Source: a virus. From it: a stretch of 64,000 nucleotides of DNA. Position 1 is the stretch's first letter. Every line of letters starts with the position of its first letter. A model generated the notes under the pieces. The model saw nothing but the letters and a program-made list of their open reading frames with translations, ran no database searches and was not told the origin of the DNA. The stretch is taken from IMG/VR virus record IMGVR_UViG_3300021378_000010, positions 1 to 64,000 of that record. One strand, given 5' to 3'. This document shows, piece after piece, positions 39,907 to 48,778 of the stretch. A program made the position numbers and the translations under genes.

Positions 39907-40284
39907 TTATACCTCTTTGTAGTAATATACTATGTTGTTTTCAGTATTTTCATCTCGTGTCCAGTCTACAACTTCGTATCCGGTTTTTAGAGATTCAGTC
40001 TCATATTTGTTTATGAGATACTTGTGAAAGTCTTCTTCAGATAAAGACCATTGATGATATGGATCTACGATGTTATTTGAAAGATAAACCAACCAAGTGT
40101 AATCCGTAGATCCATAGTAATGATAAGCAATATCTTCCGCCCTTTCACCTTCTTTTACCGTGTATGGAAGAAAGAGTAATGGATTGGTAGTAGTGCTTTT
40201 CAGAAACTTATTTCTTCTCGTGATGTCTTTTACACTTCTACCCTGATAGTTTATAGTCGGAAAATTTTCAAAATATTTGGCCAT
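39907..40284 (-). CDS. gp53-like baseplate wedge protein, N-terminal part
   Basis: YF-x-x-FP-x-I-x-Y...Y-x-VKEGER-x-EDIA-x-x-YYG...WLV-x-L-x-NNI-x-DP...W. Confidence 0.8.
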   Translation of the reverse strand: MAKYFENFPTINYQGRSVKDITRRNKFLKSTTTNPLLFLPYTVKEGERAEDIAYHYYGSTDYTWLVYLSNNIVDPYHQWSLSEEDFHKYLINKYETESLKTGYEVVDWTRDENTENNIVYYYKEV

Positions 40285-40286
40285 TA

Positions 40287-41399
40287 TTATCCTCCTGCTG
40301 GTGGCAAGGTTGTAGTAGTTATTGAAGGCGGTATAAGATCACCGGGTTTAGCAATGTCATTAGTAAGATCACCAACTGTTAGTGGCGCTACGCTGCTCGA
40401 GCCGCCATAATCTTCAGCCGTGTGAATATCAAGTTCAAGTAGTTCGATATTTAAAGATACATTACTCGGTTTACCACCTTTGAGAATAGAAACGATACCG
40501 CCAGAGCCGTATTCCACGTTTACCGATCGAATCATTGAAGACTTAAACTTCACGAAGTAATCTGGATTTACGCCAAGTAGATAAATGTCGACTATCGAAG
40601 GATATTTGAGATAAGCTTTGAAGTTAAAATTATCGGTTCCTAAAGTTTGATATGTTGGCAGTGAATTTTGCTTAAGCTTGTAAATTAATGCTTTCAATTT
40701 TTCCGAATCGTTTGCATTTTTTGGTGCCAGAGTCCAATTAAAACTGTGCTGTTTTAGTTCTACACCTTCAAAAGCAAGTGATGCTTTGGGGTTTACCGTA
40801 GAACCAGCTGCGCGGTCTGTAACTTGAGATATTCCAGCCGGTATTACAGAACGAAGTAAGTACATGATATCGCGGCTTGCGCTTCCTACAGACTGATCTA
40901 GTATGTCACCTACAGCAGTACCTAAAGCTCCCATACCAGATGAATATATGTTTCCCATATTAGCATTAGCTGCATCTCTTCCTAATCCTTGAATGGCTGA
41001 AGGCATGCCTCGAAGTGTTAAATCTGATGACGAAAGACCTGATGCAGCACCGGCAATTGCTCCACCGATTGCAGACTCTAAAGCACTTTGAGTAATTCCT
41101 TCAACACGAAGAATATCGTTATCTCTTAGATTTGCCGGTATCGGAAGTTCAATACCACTATAATTTGAAAGAAACGCTCCACCTCTACTTGCTATTCTTT
41201 GACTTCTTATGGTAGAACCGGTGCCAAGAGAAAGTAATCCTTGTTCTCCAGCTCGAGCATATTGGTATTGATATTCCTTGAATACCATAAGCATCGTATG
41301 CGGTCCTAGATTAGAAGGAAAACTAATTAGCTGAGAAGAGTTTTGATTTTTTCTTCTTTCACTAGAAAGTACAACTCCTGGTTTAGATGTCATCGGCAT
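40287..41399 (-). CDS. Baseplate tail-tube cap gp48-like
   Basis: I-x-LP-x-P...NP...FEGV-x-L-x-x-H-x-F-x-W-x-L-x-PKN...YP...L-x-EL. Confidence 0.7.
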   Translation of the reverse strand: MPMTSKPGVVLSSERRKNQNSSQLISFPSNLGPHTMLMVFKEYQYQYARAGEQGLLSLGTGSTIRSQRIASRGGAFLSNYSGIELPIPANLRDNDILRVEGITQSALESAIGGAIAGAASGLSSSDLTLRGMPSAIQGLGRDAANANMGNIYSSGMGALGTAVGDILDQSVGSASRDIMYLLRSVIPAGISQVTDRAAGSTVNPKASLAFEGVELKQHSFNWTLAPKNANDSEKLKALIYKLKQNSLPTYQTLGTDNFNFKAYLKYPSIVDIYLLGVNPDYFVKFKSSMIRSVNVEYGSGGIVSILKGGKPSNVSLNIELLELDIHTAEDYGGSSSVAPLTVGDLTNDIAKPGDLIPPSITTTTLPPAGG

Positions 41400-41413
41400 T
41401 TTGTTTCTTTCTG

Positions 41414-41439
41414 TATAAATAGTCTCATATTTATTTATA
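41414..41439. promoter_or_regulatory. Divergent pair of T4-type late promoters
   Basis: TATAAATA on + at 41414-41421 (towards gp4) and on - at 41432-41439 (towards gp48). Confidence 0.75.
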
Positions 41440-41445
41440 TCATAA

Positions 41446-41922
41446 GTGAGAAGTTACTTGGCTAAAACCTATAAAGGAAGATTCAGACCGAATAATCCTG
41501 AGAAATATAAGGGTGATCCTACAAAGATTATCTACCGAAGTTCGTGGGAATTCAAGTTTTTTCGTTATGTGGATCAACATCCAGATGTGATGTGGTGGGC
41601 ATCTGAAGAATATGTAATTCCTTATATGTCTCCAATAGATGGAAAAATGCACCGTTACTTTCCTGATGTAGTGATGAGAAAGAAAACTCCTGAAGGAAAA
41701 TACGAAACGATAATGATAGAAATTAAACCGAATAGTCAGACAAAACCGCCTGATATATCAAAGAAAAACGCAACAAAGAGTGGCAGAGTGTCAAGAAAGT
41801 ACATAAACGAAGTAAAGACATATGGTACAAATGAAGCAAAATGGAAAGCAGCTGAACGCTATTGCGCAGAACGTGGCTGGACGTTTATGATAATGACCGA
41901 ACATCATTTAGGAATCAAATAA
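41446..41922 (+). CDS. Head completion nuclease gp4
   Basis: YKG-x-F-x-P-x-NP-x-KYKGDP-x-x-I-x-YRSSWE...W-x-SEE...Y-x-SP-x-DG-x-x-HRYFPD...IEIKP...N-x-AKW-x-AA. Start may be TTG 41458. Confidence 0.92.
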   Translation: MRSYLAKTYKGRFRPNNPEKYKGDPTKIIYRSSWEFKFFRYVDQHPDVMWWASEEYVIPYMSPIDGKMHRYFPDVVMRKKTPEGKYETIMIEIKPNSQTKPPDISKKNATKSGRVSRKYINEVKTYGTNEAKWKAAERYCAERGWTFMIMTEHHLGIK

Positions 41923-42530
41923 TGGCTGCAAAGATATTTGATGACATTTTGCTAAAGGGTATCAGATCTGGCCAAGTGCCAGCTCGTACACAAGCTGCGC
42001 GCGATTGGTATCGCGATCAAGCAAAGCTAGTAAGAAAATCAGAAGTAAAAGAAACACAACTAATTAGAGAAATGGGAAGTGATCGTTACGAAACTAGATT
42101 TAGACTCGGCCATATGTACATGTTTGGATATGATCCAAAACACAAAAGCACGCTTCCTTATTACGATAGATTTCCACTAATATTTCCTATCAATAAAGCA
42201 AAAGGCGGATTTCTTGGTCTTAACTTTCATTATCTGCCGTTACAACTTAGGGCAAAGTTATTAGATTCACTTTATGATGTCACATCAAATGATAAGTATG
42301 ATGAAAATACCAAGTTACGATTATCTTATAGTATTTTGAGTAGCACAACCAAGTATAAAGAGTTCAAGCCAACCATCAAACATTATCTTGCAAACCACGT
42401 CAGAACAAAACTCGTATATGTACATCCTACAGAGTGGGACGTTGCTATTTTTCTACCGACAGCTCAGTTCCAAGGTGCAAGTCAAGCAAAAGTTTGGGCA
42501 GACTCCAAAAAAATTATAAGAGGAAAATAA
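41922..42530 (+). CDS. DNA end protector gp2
   Basis: Y-x-F-x-YDPK-x-K-x-x-LPYYD-x-FPL...GLN-x-HYL...K-x-YL-x-x-HV...LP. Start at ATG 41922 overlapping the gp4 stop. Confidence 0.9.
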   Translation: MAAKIFDDILLKGIRSGQVPARTQAARDWYRDQAKLVRKSEVKETQLIREMGSDRYETRFRLGHMYMFGYDPKHKSTLPYYDRFPLIFPINKAKGGFLGLNFHYLPLQLRAKLLDSLYDVTSNDKYDENTKLRLSYSILSSTTKYKEFKPTIKHYLANHVRTKLVYVHPTEWDVAIFLPTAQFQGASQAKVWADSKKIIRGK

Positions 42531-43292
42531 ATGCCTTTCAGTATTAATGAGTTCAAATCTAGAATAGATCGCTTTGGCGGTCCTGCCAGAACTTCCTTAT
42601 TCACAGTCGAGCTTATAAGCAGAAAGGGAAATCCTTATGTAAGAGATGATGAAATTCTTTTCTTTTGCAAAAACGTAACACTTCCCGGAATTAATATTGA
42701 AACTTTTTCACACAAACAAAATACTATGGACATTCCGCACGCGATGCCAGTTTCGATAAACTCAGAACCTCTTACGTGTGTTTTTATGCTCGATTCAGAA
42801 CACCGCGTACTTAGTTTCTTTCATAGTTGGATGCAAAAAATCGTAAACTATAGTACTCAAGGAGGACTATTTGCGTCGATTGATGATCAGCTTCCGTATG
42901 AACTTGGATACAAGGACGAATACTCTTGTCGTATGGTAATCAAATATTACACAACTAGTTCAAGTGAAAACTCAGTAAGATATTATGAAGTAGTACTTGA
43001 CGGCGTATATCCTACAACCGTACAAAGCTTAGATCTTGGATGGGAAAACAATGATAGCGTTGCGATGCTGCCTGTCGCGTTTTCTTATGATCGCATTCAA
43101 TACTCTTCTGAAATACGAGGCATACCTTCAGAAAGAAATACTCGTGGTAATGGTCTAATAAAACTTCTTGCGAGTATCGGAGAAGTAGGACAACTTATAA
43201 ACCAACAGTTAGTACCACAAAATATACAAGATGCAGTGAACAAATATACTCGTGTAAAAAACACATTCAATCAATTGAGAAACTTATTTTAA
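42531..43292 (+). CDS. Tail tube initiator gp54 / tube-like protein
   Basis: FK...GG-x-AR-x-x-LF-x-V...C-x-x-V-x-LPG...F-x-x-W...YP...L-x-W...V-x-F-x-Y, a gp19/gp54 fold pattern. Confidence 0.7.
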   Translation: MPFSINEFKSRIDRFGGPARTSLFTVELISRKGNPYVRDDEILFFCKNVTLPGINIETFSHKQNTMDIPHAMPVSINSEPLTCVFMLDSEHRVLSFFHSWMQKIVNYSTQGGLFASIDDQLPYELGYKDEYSCRMVIKYYTTSSSENSVRYYEVVLDGVYPTTVQSLDLGWENNDSVAMLPVAFSYDRIQYSSEIRGIPSERNTRGNGLIKLLASIGEVGQLINQQLVPQNIQDAVNKYTRVKNTFNQLRNLF

Positions 43293-43307
43293 TGGAGAAA
43301 TTATAAA

Positions 43308-44015
43308 ATGGCAAAGAAACTTCCAAAAATTGATTTACCACTTTTTGAACTAGTGCTTCCATCAACAGGAAAAAAAATCAAGTATCGCCCCTTTACAGTA
43401 AAGGAAGAAAAGATTCTTCTAGTAGCTCAGGAGTCAAATGAACCTGAACAAACCATACTTTCTATAAAGCAGGTAATTAACAACTGTCTTATCGATATTG
43501 ACGTTGAAAAGCTTGCGATGTTTGACCTCGAGTATGTAATTCTAGTACTTCGTTCTAAGTCTGTTGATAATAATATCAAGTTTGCTATTAAGGATCCAGA
43601 TACGAATGAAAGTGTAGAACTTGAAATTGATCTCAATGATGTTAAAGTTACAAAGGATGAAGAGCACAGCAATAAAGTAAAAATCAATGAAGATTACACG
43701 CTGTTTCTACGTTATCCAACAATTCAAGAATTTATCAAAATTGCTGGCGCTGATCCTAAAGACTCACTTACGAGTTACTTCATCATGATTTCTTGCCTTG
43801 ACAAGATTGCTTCTGAAAGTGAAGTATATAAGTTTTCAGATTACACTGATGAAGAGATTGATGATTTTATGGAAAACTTACAAGGTGATATAATTAAAAA
43901 GATCCAAAAGTTTTTTGAAACTATGCCAAAGCTTCGACACGAAATGAAATACAAAAATAGCGAAGGTAAGGAACAAACCTTTGTGATTGAGGGAATGCGC
44001 AGTTTTTTTATCTAG
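43308..44015 (+). CDS. Baseplate hub assembly protein gp26
   Basis: LPKI-x-x-P...LPSTG-x-x-IKYRPF-x-VKEEKILL-x-A...FD-x-EY-x-x-L-x-LR-x-KS...FF-x-TMPKL...EG-x-x-SFF. Confidence 0.88.
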   Translation: MAKKLPKIDLPLFELVLPSTGKKIKYRPFTVKEEKILLVAQESNEPEQTILSIKQVINNCLIDIDVEKLAMFDLEYVILVLRSKSVDNNIKFAIKDPDTNESVELEIDLNDVKVTKDEEHSNKVKINEDYTLFLRYPTIQEFIKIAGADPKDSLTSYFIMISCLDKIASESEVYKFSDYTDEEIDDFMENLQGDIIKKIQKFFETMPKLRHEMKYKNSEGKEQTFVIEGMRSFFI

Positions 44016-44050
44016 CGCTGTGCCATATCAGCCTGGGTGAATATTATAGA

Positions 44051-44185
44051 ATGATATTTGCTTTGGCGCAGCACCATAAATACTCTATATCAGATATTGA
44101 AAATTTGATACCATACGAGCGAGATCTTTACTTTAGCATGTTAATCGAATTTATCAAAGAGCAAAAAGAAAAGAACGGAAAGTAA
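44051..44185 (+). CDS. gp51-like baseplate hub assembly chaperone (possibly the -1 frameshift extension of gp26)
   Basis: Not in the track. MIFALAQHHKYSISDIENLIPYERDLYFSMLIEFIKEQKEKNGK; the frame is open back to the T7 run at 44003-44009. Confidence 0.75.
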   Translation: MIFALAQHHKYSISDIENLIPYERDLYFSMLIEFIKEQKEKNGK

Positions 44186-44186
44186 T

Positions 44187-45833
44187 ATGACTGAAGAAAT
44201 TGTAGAACGACTCAAAACTGAAGGCCAATTAATACGAAACACTGGCACAAATTCAATAAGAGCTGTTCGTATTCAGATGGATCGTTTCGAATCAATTTTT
44301 GAAACAATTTCTGAACAGGTTACTATGCAAACGCGGTTACTTGCAACCATGGCTGAAACTTCGATGGATAAGCTTAAAATTGATGAAGAAACTAGTGAAC
44401 GTGAAAAAGCTCGGCAACAAAGAGAAGATCTTGCAGCAGATCAAGAAGAAAGTAAAAAAGAATCTACAAAAGAAGATTCAGAAAAATCAAAAAAAGAAGG
44501 ACCTGGATTTTTTTCTATGCTTGGCGGTATGGGAATAAGTAATCTTCTTATTGGTGGTGCTTTACTCGGTGCAGGTATGTTTGCAGCATATAATTTTGCA
44601 AAGGGATTTATTGATGAAAAATATGATAATGCATGGTCAAACTTTGAACAAGGATTGGTCGATTTCATTAAGAGTATTGATCTTGAGGCCCTAAAAGATG
44701 CATTTAATAATATCATAGTTGGCCTAGTTGGATTAAGCACTGCGATTGGCGCGCTAAGATTAACTTTACTTGGTTTACAAATCTCAAATATGCTAAAAGG
44801 AGGTCCTAGAGTGTCTCCAGGTAGTGGTGCTGGTTTTGGAACTTTTTTAAGAGGAGCTGGGAGAGTACTTAGAAAAGCAATTCCTGGCCTAGGATTTGTT
44901 ATACCTACTGAAATGGGTGATAGTTCATTGACCGGTCCTGCACAAGAAAGATTAGCAGCTCAAGGGATAACGCCTCCGGCAGAATCATTAAGAAATATTG
45001 CTCCAGATTTGTACGATCAAATGCATAGAAATTACCAAGAACAACTAGAAGCAGAAATGGCTAGGTTTACAGAAGAAGCAAGTAAAATAGCTGCAGAAGA
45101 AATAGCTGCTGCAGACGCAGCTAGAACACCAGAAGAAGAAGCTAGACTTGAAGTTTTAAGAGAACAAAATATTGAACAAGATAGAATTACTGCAGAAATA
45201 AGAAGAAACGCAGATTTATTAGAGTCAGCAAATGACAGTATAGAAAATTTAGGTTTTACTGTCGGCGGCATACAATTTAGAGGAACTGACTTAAGCGATA
45301 TGCGCGCGTCGTTAGGCGATGCTGTTGCTGATGCGTTTACAGAAACAATGAGTTATAAAGCAAATCCATACAATATAGAAACTGCTTTAGAAGTGCTTAG
45401 AAACAGAGTTTTAGGTGGAAATGAATTAACTCCAGAAGAAACGCGATTTATGGAAGCGTTAAGAGAAGCTACGGGTAATAGAGGGTATAGAAGAGGTACA
45501 AACGGTTTCCAAGACTTTGGTCCTGCATCATTTGCAATTCTTCATGGTAAAGAAGCAGTAGTACCAAAAGAAACTCCTGCTGGTCGGTTTCTTGAACAGT
45601 TTTTCAATGAAGATTGGAGTCCAAAAATGTCAGGAGCTTCAAGTGTATCAGAACAAGTTTCTACAGTTGCATCAGGTGGCGTCAATGTGATGACAGTAAA
45701 TAGTAATCCAATATATGCACCAGTTGTCAATAATGTTCAGGGTGGTCCAAACGTAAATGCTCCTACCATTATCGGTAGTGGTGGTGGCGATCGTTCGAGA
45801 GGTACATATGGTATATCAAACGCTGGAAACTAA
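44187..45833 (+). CDS. Tape-measure-like / gp29-like baseplate hub protein
   Basis: Helical, with a Gly/hydrophobic segment and a C-terminal GT-x-GF-x-DFG...LHG-x-EAVVP motif. Follows gp26/gp51. Confidence 0.55.
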   Translation: MTEEIVERLKTEGQLIRNTGTNSIRAVRIQMDRFESIFETISEQVTMQTRLLATMAETSMDKLKIDEETSEREKARQQREDLAADQEESKKESTKEDSEKSKKEGPGFFSMLGGMGISNLLIGGALLGAGMFAAYNFAKGFIDEKYDNAWSNFEQGLVDFIKSIDLEALKDAFNNIIVGLVGLSTAIGALRLTLLGLQISNMLKGGPRVSPGSGAGFGTFLRGAGRVLRKAIPGLGFVIPTEMGDSSLTGPAQERLAAQGITPPAESLRNIAPDLYDQMHRNYQEQLEAEMARFTEEASKIAAEEIAAADAARTPEEEARLEVLREQNIEQDRITAEIRRNADLLESANDSIENLGFTVGGIQFRGTDLSDMRASLGDAVADAFTETMSYKANPYNIETALEVLRNRVLGGNELTPEETRFMEALREATGNRGYRRGTNGFQDFGPASFAILHGKEAVVPKETPAGRFLEQFFNEDWSPKMSGASSVSEQVSTVASGGVNVMTVNSNPIYAPVVNNVQGGPNVNAPTIIGSGGGDRSRGTYGISNAGN

Positions 45834-45835
45834 AA

Positions 45836-45911
45836 GAGTCAACTAGTTGTCCACCAGTTGACTCCTATTATTTAATAGGGTTACCTACCTCAAACGTGAG
45901 ATGGTAACCTC
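45836..45911. terminator. Two stem-loops between convergent genes (probable bidirectional terminator region)
   Basis: GAGTCAACT...AGTTGACTC and GGTTACC-CTCA/TGAG-GGTAACC inverted repeats. Confidence 0.5.
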
Positions 45912-45915
45912 TTGA

Positions 45916-46374
45916 TCAACTGGTTGACTCTACAAGAAACTCTGGATCTAACTGTCGACCAATCAAGATTTTTTTAGGTTTTTTATCTTCTGGAATCAAG
46001 TTCTTCAAACGAACGTTGAGCATACCTTGGTGAAGAGAAACGCCTTCTACTTGTACGGTATCTGCGAGAGTAAATTTACGAACAAAATTTCTTGTTGCAA
46101 TTCCTTTATAAAGATAATCCGCAGAGTCTTCATTTTTGACTTCAGCTTTGATTGTAAGTACTCCATCGTGCAATTCAATATCAAAATCTTCCTCATCAAA
46201 ACCAGCAACTGCTAGTTCAATAAGATATGAGTCTTCACTCAATTTGATAAGATTGTATGGAGGGTAGCTTGGTACAGGCGCGGCGCCTTGATCGCGCAGT
46301 TTGTTGATCAAACTATCAAATCCGATAAAAAACGGATCATTGAGCAAATCTGCGTTATATCTACGAGTATTCAT
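45916..46374 (-). CDS. hsp20: Small heat shock protein (Hsp20/IbpA-like)
   Basis: FIGFD...YPPYN...IELAVAGF...YLYKGIA-x-R-x-F-x-R-x-F-x-LA...G-x-L...IPE-x-KKP-x-KI. Real start is ATG 46374 after AAGGAG. Confidence 0.93.
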   Translation of the reverse strand: MNTRRYNADLLNDPFFIGFDSLINKLRDQGAAPVPSYPPYNLIKLSEDSYLIELAVAGFDEEDFDIELHDGVLTIKAEVKNEDSADYLYKGIATRNFVRKFTLADTVQVEGVSLHQGMLNVRLKNLIPEDKKPKKILIGRQLDPEFLVESTS

Positions 46375-46464
46375 GTCTTTCTCCTTTATAAGCGAGTAAA
46401 TGTTTGCCGTCTCTTGACCGGCTAGTAAAAAGTGGGACCCTTTCGGCATCCCACTTTATTTATA
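46375..46464 (-). promoter_or_regulatory. hsp20 5' leader: late promoter plus ROSE-like RNA thermometer
   Basis: TATAAATA at 46457-46464, a hairpin AAGTGGGA...TCCCACTT, then CTCGCTT-ataa-AGGAG (UCGCU opposite the Shine-Dalgarno). Confidence 0.55.
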
Positions 46465-46484
46465 TAATACTTTTTGAGTAAATG

Positions 46485-46736
46485 TCAACCGCCAATATAA
46501 TTTTCTTTTGGTCTATACCAAGTTTTTTGGTCATGTAATCTAGAAAGCAAATCAGAAATTTCTTGCGATTCAATATTTGCTAGTTTAGATTTTTCCAGTT
46601 CTTCTTTTGACTTGTTATCTATTTGAGCCAACTCTAGCCAATACGCACTGACTTTATGCTGTCGATCTCGTAAAGCATGTTCAATCATATCAATATCGAA
46701 CACACTCAGTTCAAATTTTATATTCGGTTTGACCAC
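46485..46736 (-). CDS. Hypothetical protein
   Basis: 83-aa ORF in an operon-like row. Confidence 0.6.
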   Translation of the reverse strand: MVKPNIKFELSVFDIDMIEHALRDRQHKVSAYWLELAQIDNKSKEELEKSKLANIESQEISDLLSRLHDQKTWYRPKENYIGG

Positions 46737-46739
46737 AGA

Positions 46740-46961
46740 TCAATCCTTCTTGGAAACAAAGGAGTACATTTCCTTTGCCTTTTCCATCAATTCGTCCATG
46801 GTGTACATTTTGTAAGCATCTTTGAGTTCATCAGCAGTCTTTTTACCTTCTTCAATCAGCTTTTCAGTGAATTGAATATTCATTTGGTACTGCTGGTCCA
46901 TATAGTCTTTTGCGAGCTGCAGCATTTCTGCACGAATTTCAAACGGGTTCTTATTAGTCAT
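46740..46961 (-). CDS. Hypothetical helical protein
   Basis: 73 aa, KNPFEIR...AK...AKEMYSFV. GAGGAG RBS. Confidence 0.65.
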   Translation of the reverse strand: MTNKNPFEIRAEMLQLAKDYMDQQYQMNIQFTEKLIEEGKKTADELKDAYKMYTMDELMEKAKEMYSFVSKKD

Positions 46962-47176
46962 TTACAGACTCCTCTCATAACAGAAAATGAAGATTTCATC
47001 GTTTCGCCAAGGCTATCGACAGTTTCGTCACTTTTTTCAAGTTGCGCTTTGAAGAATCCTTGAGTATATTCATTCATAGCTTTAGAATATGTTTTCCATC
47101 CAACGACTTTCAAGTCAATAAAAGAGTCGTAGAACTTAAGGTTGTGTTTGATGAGTTGATCGTAATTATAGATCAT
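46958..47176 (-). CDS. Hypothetical helical protein
   Basis: 72 aa with an AGGAG RBS. Confidence 0.6.
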   Translation of the reverse strand: MIYNYDQLIKHNLKFYDSFIDLKVVGWKTYSKAMNEYTQGFFKAQLEKSDETVDSLGETMKSSFSVMRGVCK

Positions 47177-47210
47177 TTTGTTTCTCCTGTGTGATGTGTA
47201 GTGAGTTTAG

Positions 47211-47726
47211 TTATGCACCTGTACTTCCGAGCCCTCCATCGCGCTCGGTTTTCTGAGCAGGCTTCTCAGAAATTTCTTCAATTTCGCTATATTCGTTTCT
47301 TTCGAGAACTGCTTGGGCAATACGATCGCCGTGAGTAATTGTAATGGGACCATCAGAAGTGTTGTAGAGTAGTACAAAAGACTCTTCTACGTAATCACTA
47401 TCTACGACTCCAACACCGTTTACTACCATCAGCCCACTTTTGAGTGCCAATCCAGACCTCGAAAAGATTTTCAAAACGTGATCTGGATCGATATCAAAAA
47501 TAAGTCCAGTAGGTACTGCAACTCTGTATCCTGGATGAACCTGAATTGTTGCAGTTCCATTGATTTTTTTAGCGGGTACGCCAACTTCTTTGTTCCACGG
47601 ATTATAAGTTTTGACTTTTACGCCTTCTATAAGACATGCTTTTAGATCATAACCTGCAGAACCTCGTGTGGCCTTTTCTGGTAAATGAGCACTTTCATTA
47701 CAACGATAAACTTTCAATGCGATCAT
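47211..47726 (-). CDS. dut: Trimeric dUTPase
   Basis: SAGYDL, RSGLA, GVVDSDY, GDRIAQ and R-x-GG-x-GSTG (motifs 1-5). Start at ATG 47726. Confidence 0.95.
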   Translation of the reverse strand: MIALKVYRCNESAHLPEKATRGSAGYDLKACLIEGVKVKTYNPWNKEVGVPAKKINGTATIQVHPGYRVAVPTGLIFDIDPDHVLKIFSRSGLALKSGLMVVNGVGVVDSDYVEESFVLLYNTSDGPITITHGDRIAQAVLERNEYSEIEEISEKPAQKTERDGGLGSTGA

Positions 47727-48130
47727 TATTTTTTCTTTCCTATTTGATATTTTGGTTCTAAAGACCATTCAGCTTTTTCTTTATGTGAAAGAACTTTAAT
47801 CTGGTTCAATGCCGCTATTGGGTCTTGAGATTTTTCTGCATCGACAACTTCAAGTAAACCCCACTCTTCAAGTAAATTTACAATTGTATTTCTACGCGCT
47901 TTGTCTTCATCTGTAAATGTGTTTTCTTTACCATCCAGAATAAAAAGTTCTTTGAAATGCAAAATAGAATATTTACCTTGCTTGTGTAAAATGTGACACG
48001 ACTGATAAAGCTTCTTATCTTTTCGAGATGCAATACCGATGCGAGTAAGTGTTTCTTTGATCTTAAGGAAGTTATCTGGCTCTGGAAGTCGTATCTCAAT
48101 TCCGACTCCTCTAAATAGATCTGTTTCCAT
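47726..48130 (-). CDS. regA: Translational repressor RegA
   Basis: EI-x-L-x-x-PD-x-FLKIKETLTRIGIAS-x-K-x-K-x-LYQSCHILHKQG-x-Y-x-I-x-HFKELF-x-LDG. Likely start ATG 48130. Confidence 0.95.
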   Translation of the reverse strand: METDLFRGVGIEIRLPEPDNFLKIKETLTRIGIASRKDKKLYQSCHILHKQGKYSILHFKELFILDGKENTFTDEDKARRNTIVNLLEEWGLLEVVDAEKSQDPIAALNQIKVLSHKEKAEWSLEPKYQIGKKK

Positions 48131-48193
48131 AACCTTTTCACCTTTATTATTATTATTATTCACGGTGTTTTCTTCATTGAGACCACACATCAA

Positions 48194-48201
48194 TATTTAT
48201 A
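48194..48201 (-). promoter_or_regulatory. T4-type late promoter TATAAATA upstream of regA
   Basis: Exact motif in the gp62-regA intergenic region. Confidence 0.55.
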
Positions 48202-48204
48202 TTT

Positions 48205-48612
48205 TCAGTTCTTTTTGTCTCCACCCACATTGAGTTTTGAATGTACGGTTTTGATTTGTTCAGAAGATAATGCCTTGAAATAAAGCTTTGCTACAGTGCG
48301 ATTACAAGAATACACTTGTTGAATAGCGTCTAGATCTTTATCTTTTTCAGCTTTGTGCCATTTTGAAAATCGTTTACGCGATCTAAGAACGCCTCTATAA
48401 TAGTCAAACTGCGCTCGAGGAAATAAGTGAGCTCTTTGGTTCATTTCATTTGCATGTAAGATGGTGTCGTCGTAATAAGAAAAACCGCGATTGATAATAT
48501 AAGCAACGTATTCCTTTTCAGTCATTAAAGGATGATCTGAATTGCCAATCAAATCTTCTTTACTGTGAGAAGCTGCGTTGATAAAGTCAAACGGTGAATG
48601 TTCTTTTGTCAA
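48205..48612 (-). CDS. Clamp loader small subunit gp62
   Basis: PFDFIN...Y-x-x-YIINR-x-FSY-x-x-DTI-x-x-ANEMN...QFDY...RKRFSKW-x-K. Probable TTG start at 48612 after GGAG. Confidence 0.88.
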   Translation of the reverse strand: MTKEHSPFDFINAASHSKEDLIGNSDHPLMTEKEYVAYIINRGFSYYDDTILHANEMNQRAHLFPRAQFDYYRGVLRSRKRFSKWHKAEKDKDLDAIQQVYSCNRTVAKLYFKALSSEQIKTVHSKLNVGGDKKN

Positions 48613-48778
48613 TATTTTTCTCCGCAAATTGTGCAAGTTTATCGAACTCTAAAGCGCATGATGGGCACGCATGCGTTTTATGTGTGCCCTCAGCGGTGTT
48701 CATATTTATTGTATACGCAGTTTTCTTTTTTGTCAACTTTTCACAGAAGACACATTTCACTTTAGACTTGAATATCAT
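48587..48778 (-). CDS. Small CxxC...CxxC (Zn-ribbon-like) protein
   Basis: CVFC and CPSC pairs; sits between gp44 and gp62. Confidence 0.55.
   Translation of the reverse strand: MIFKSKVKCVFCEKLTKKKTAYTINMNTAEGTHKTHACPSCALEFDKLAQFAEKNIDKRTFTV

Noticed and set aside
45900-45910. 11-bp match (AGGTTACCATC) between this intergenic hairpin (minus strand) and the MIPS leader near 57555 (plus strand)
   Set aside because: Short, only two copies and in opposite orientation relative to minus-strand transcription; compatible with chance.
48131-48193. N-terminal poly-Asn extension of RegA
   Set aside because: More likely an AU-rich untranslated leader (AAT repeats, possible RegA autoregulatory site); homology starts near ATG 48130.
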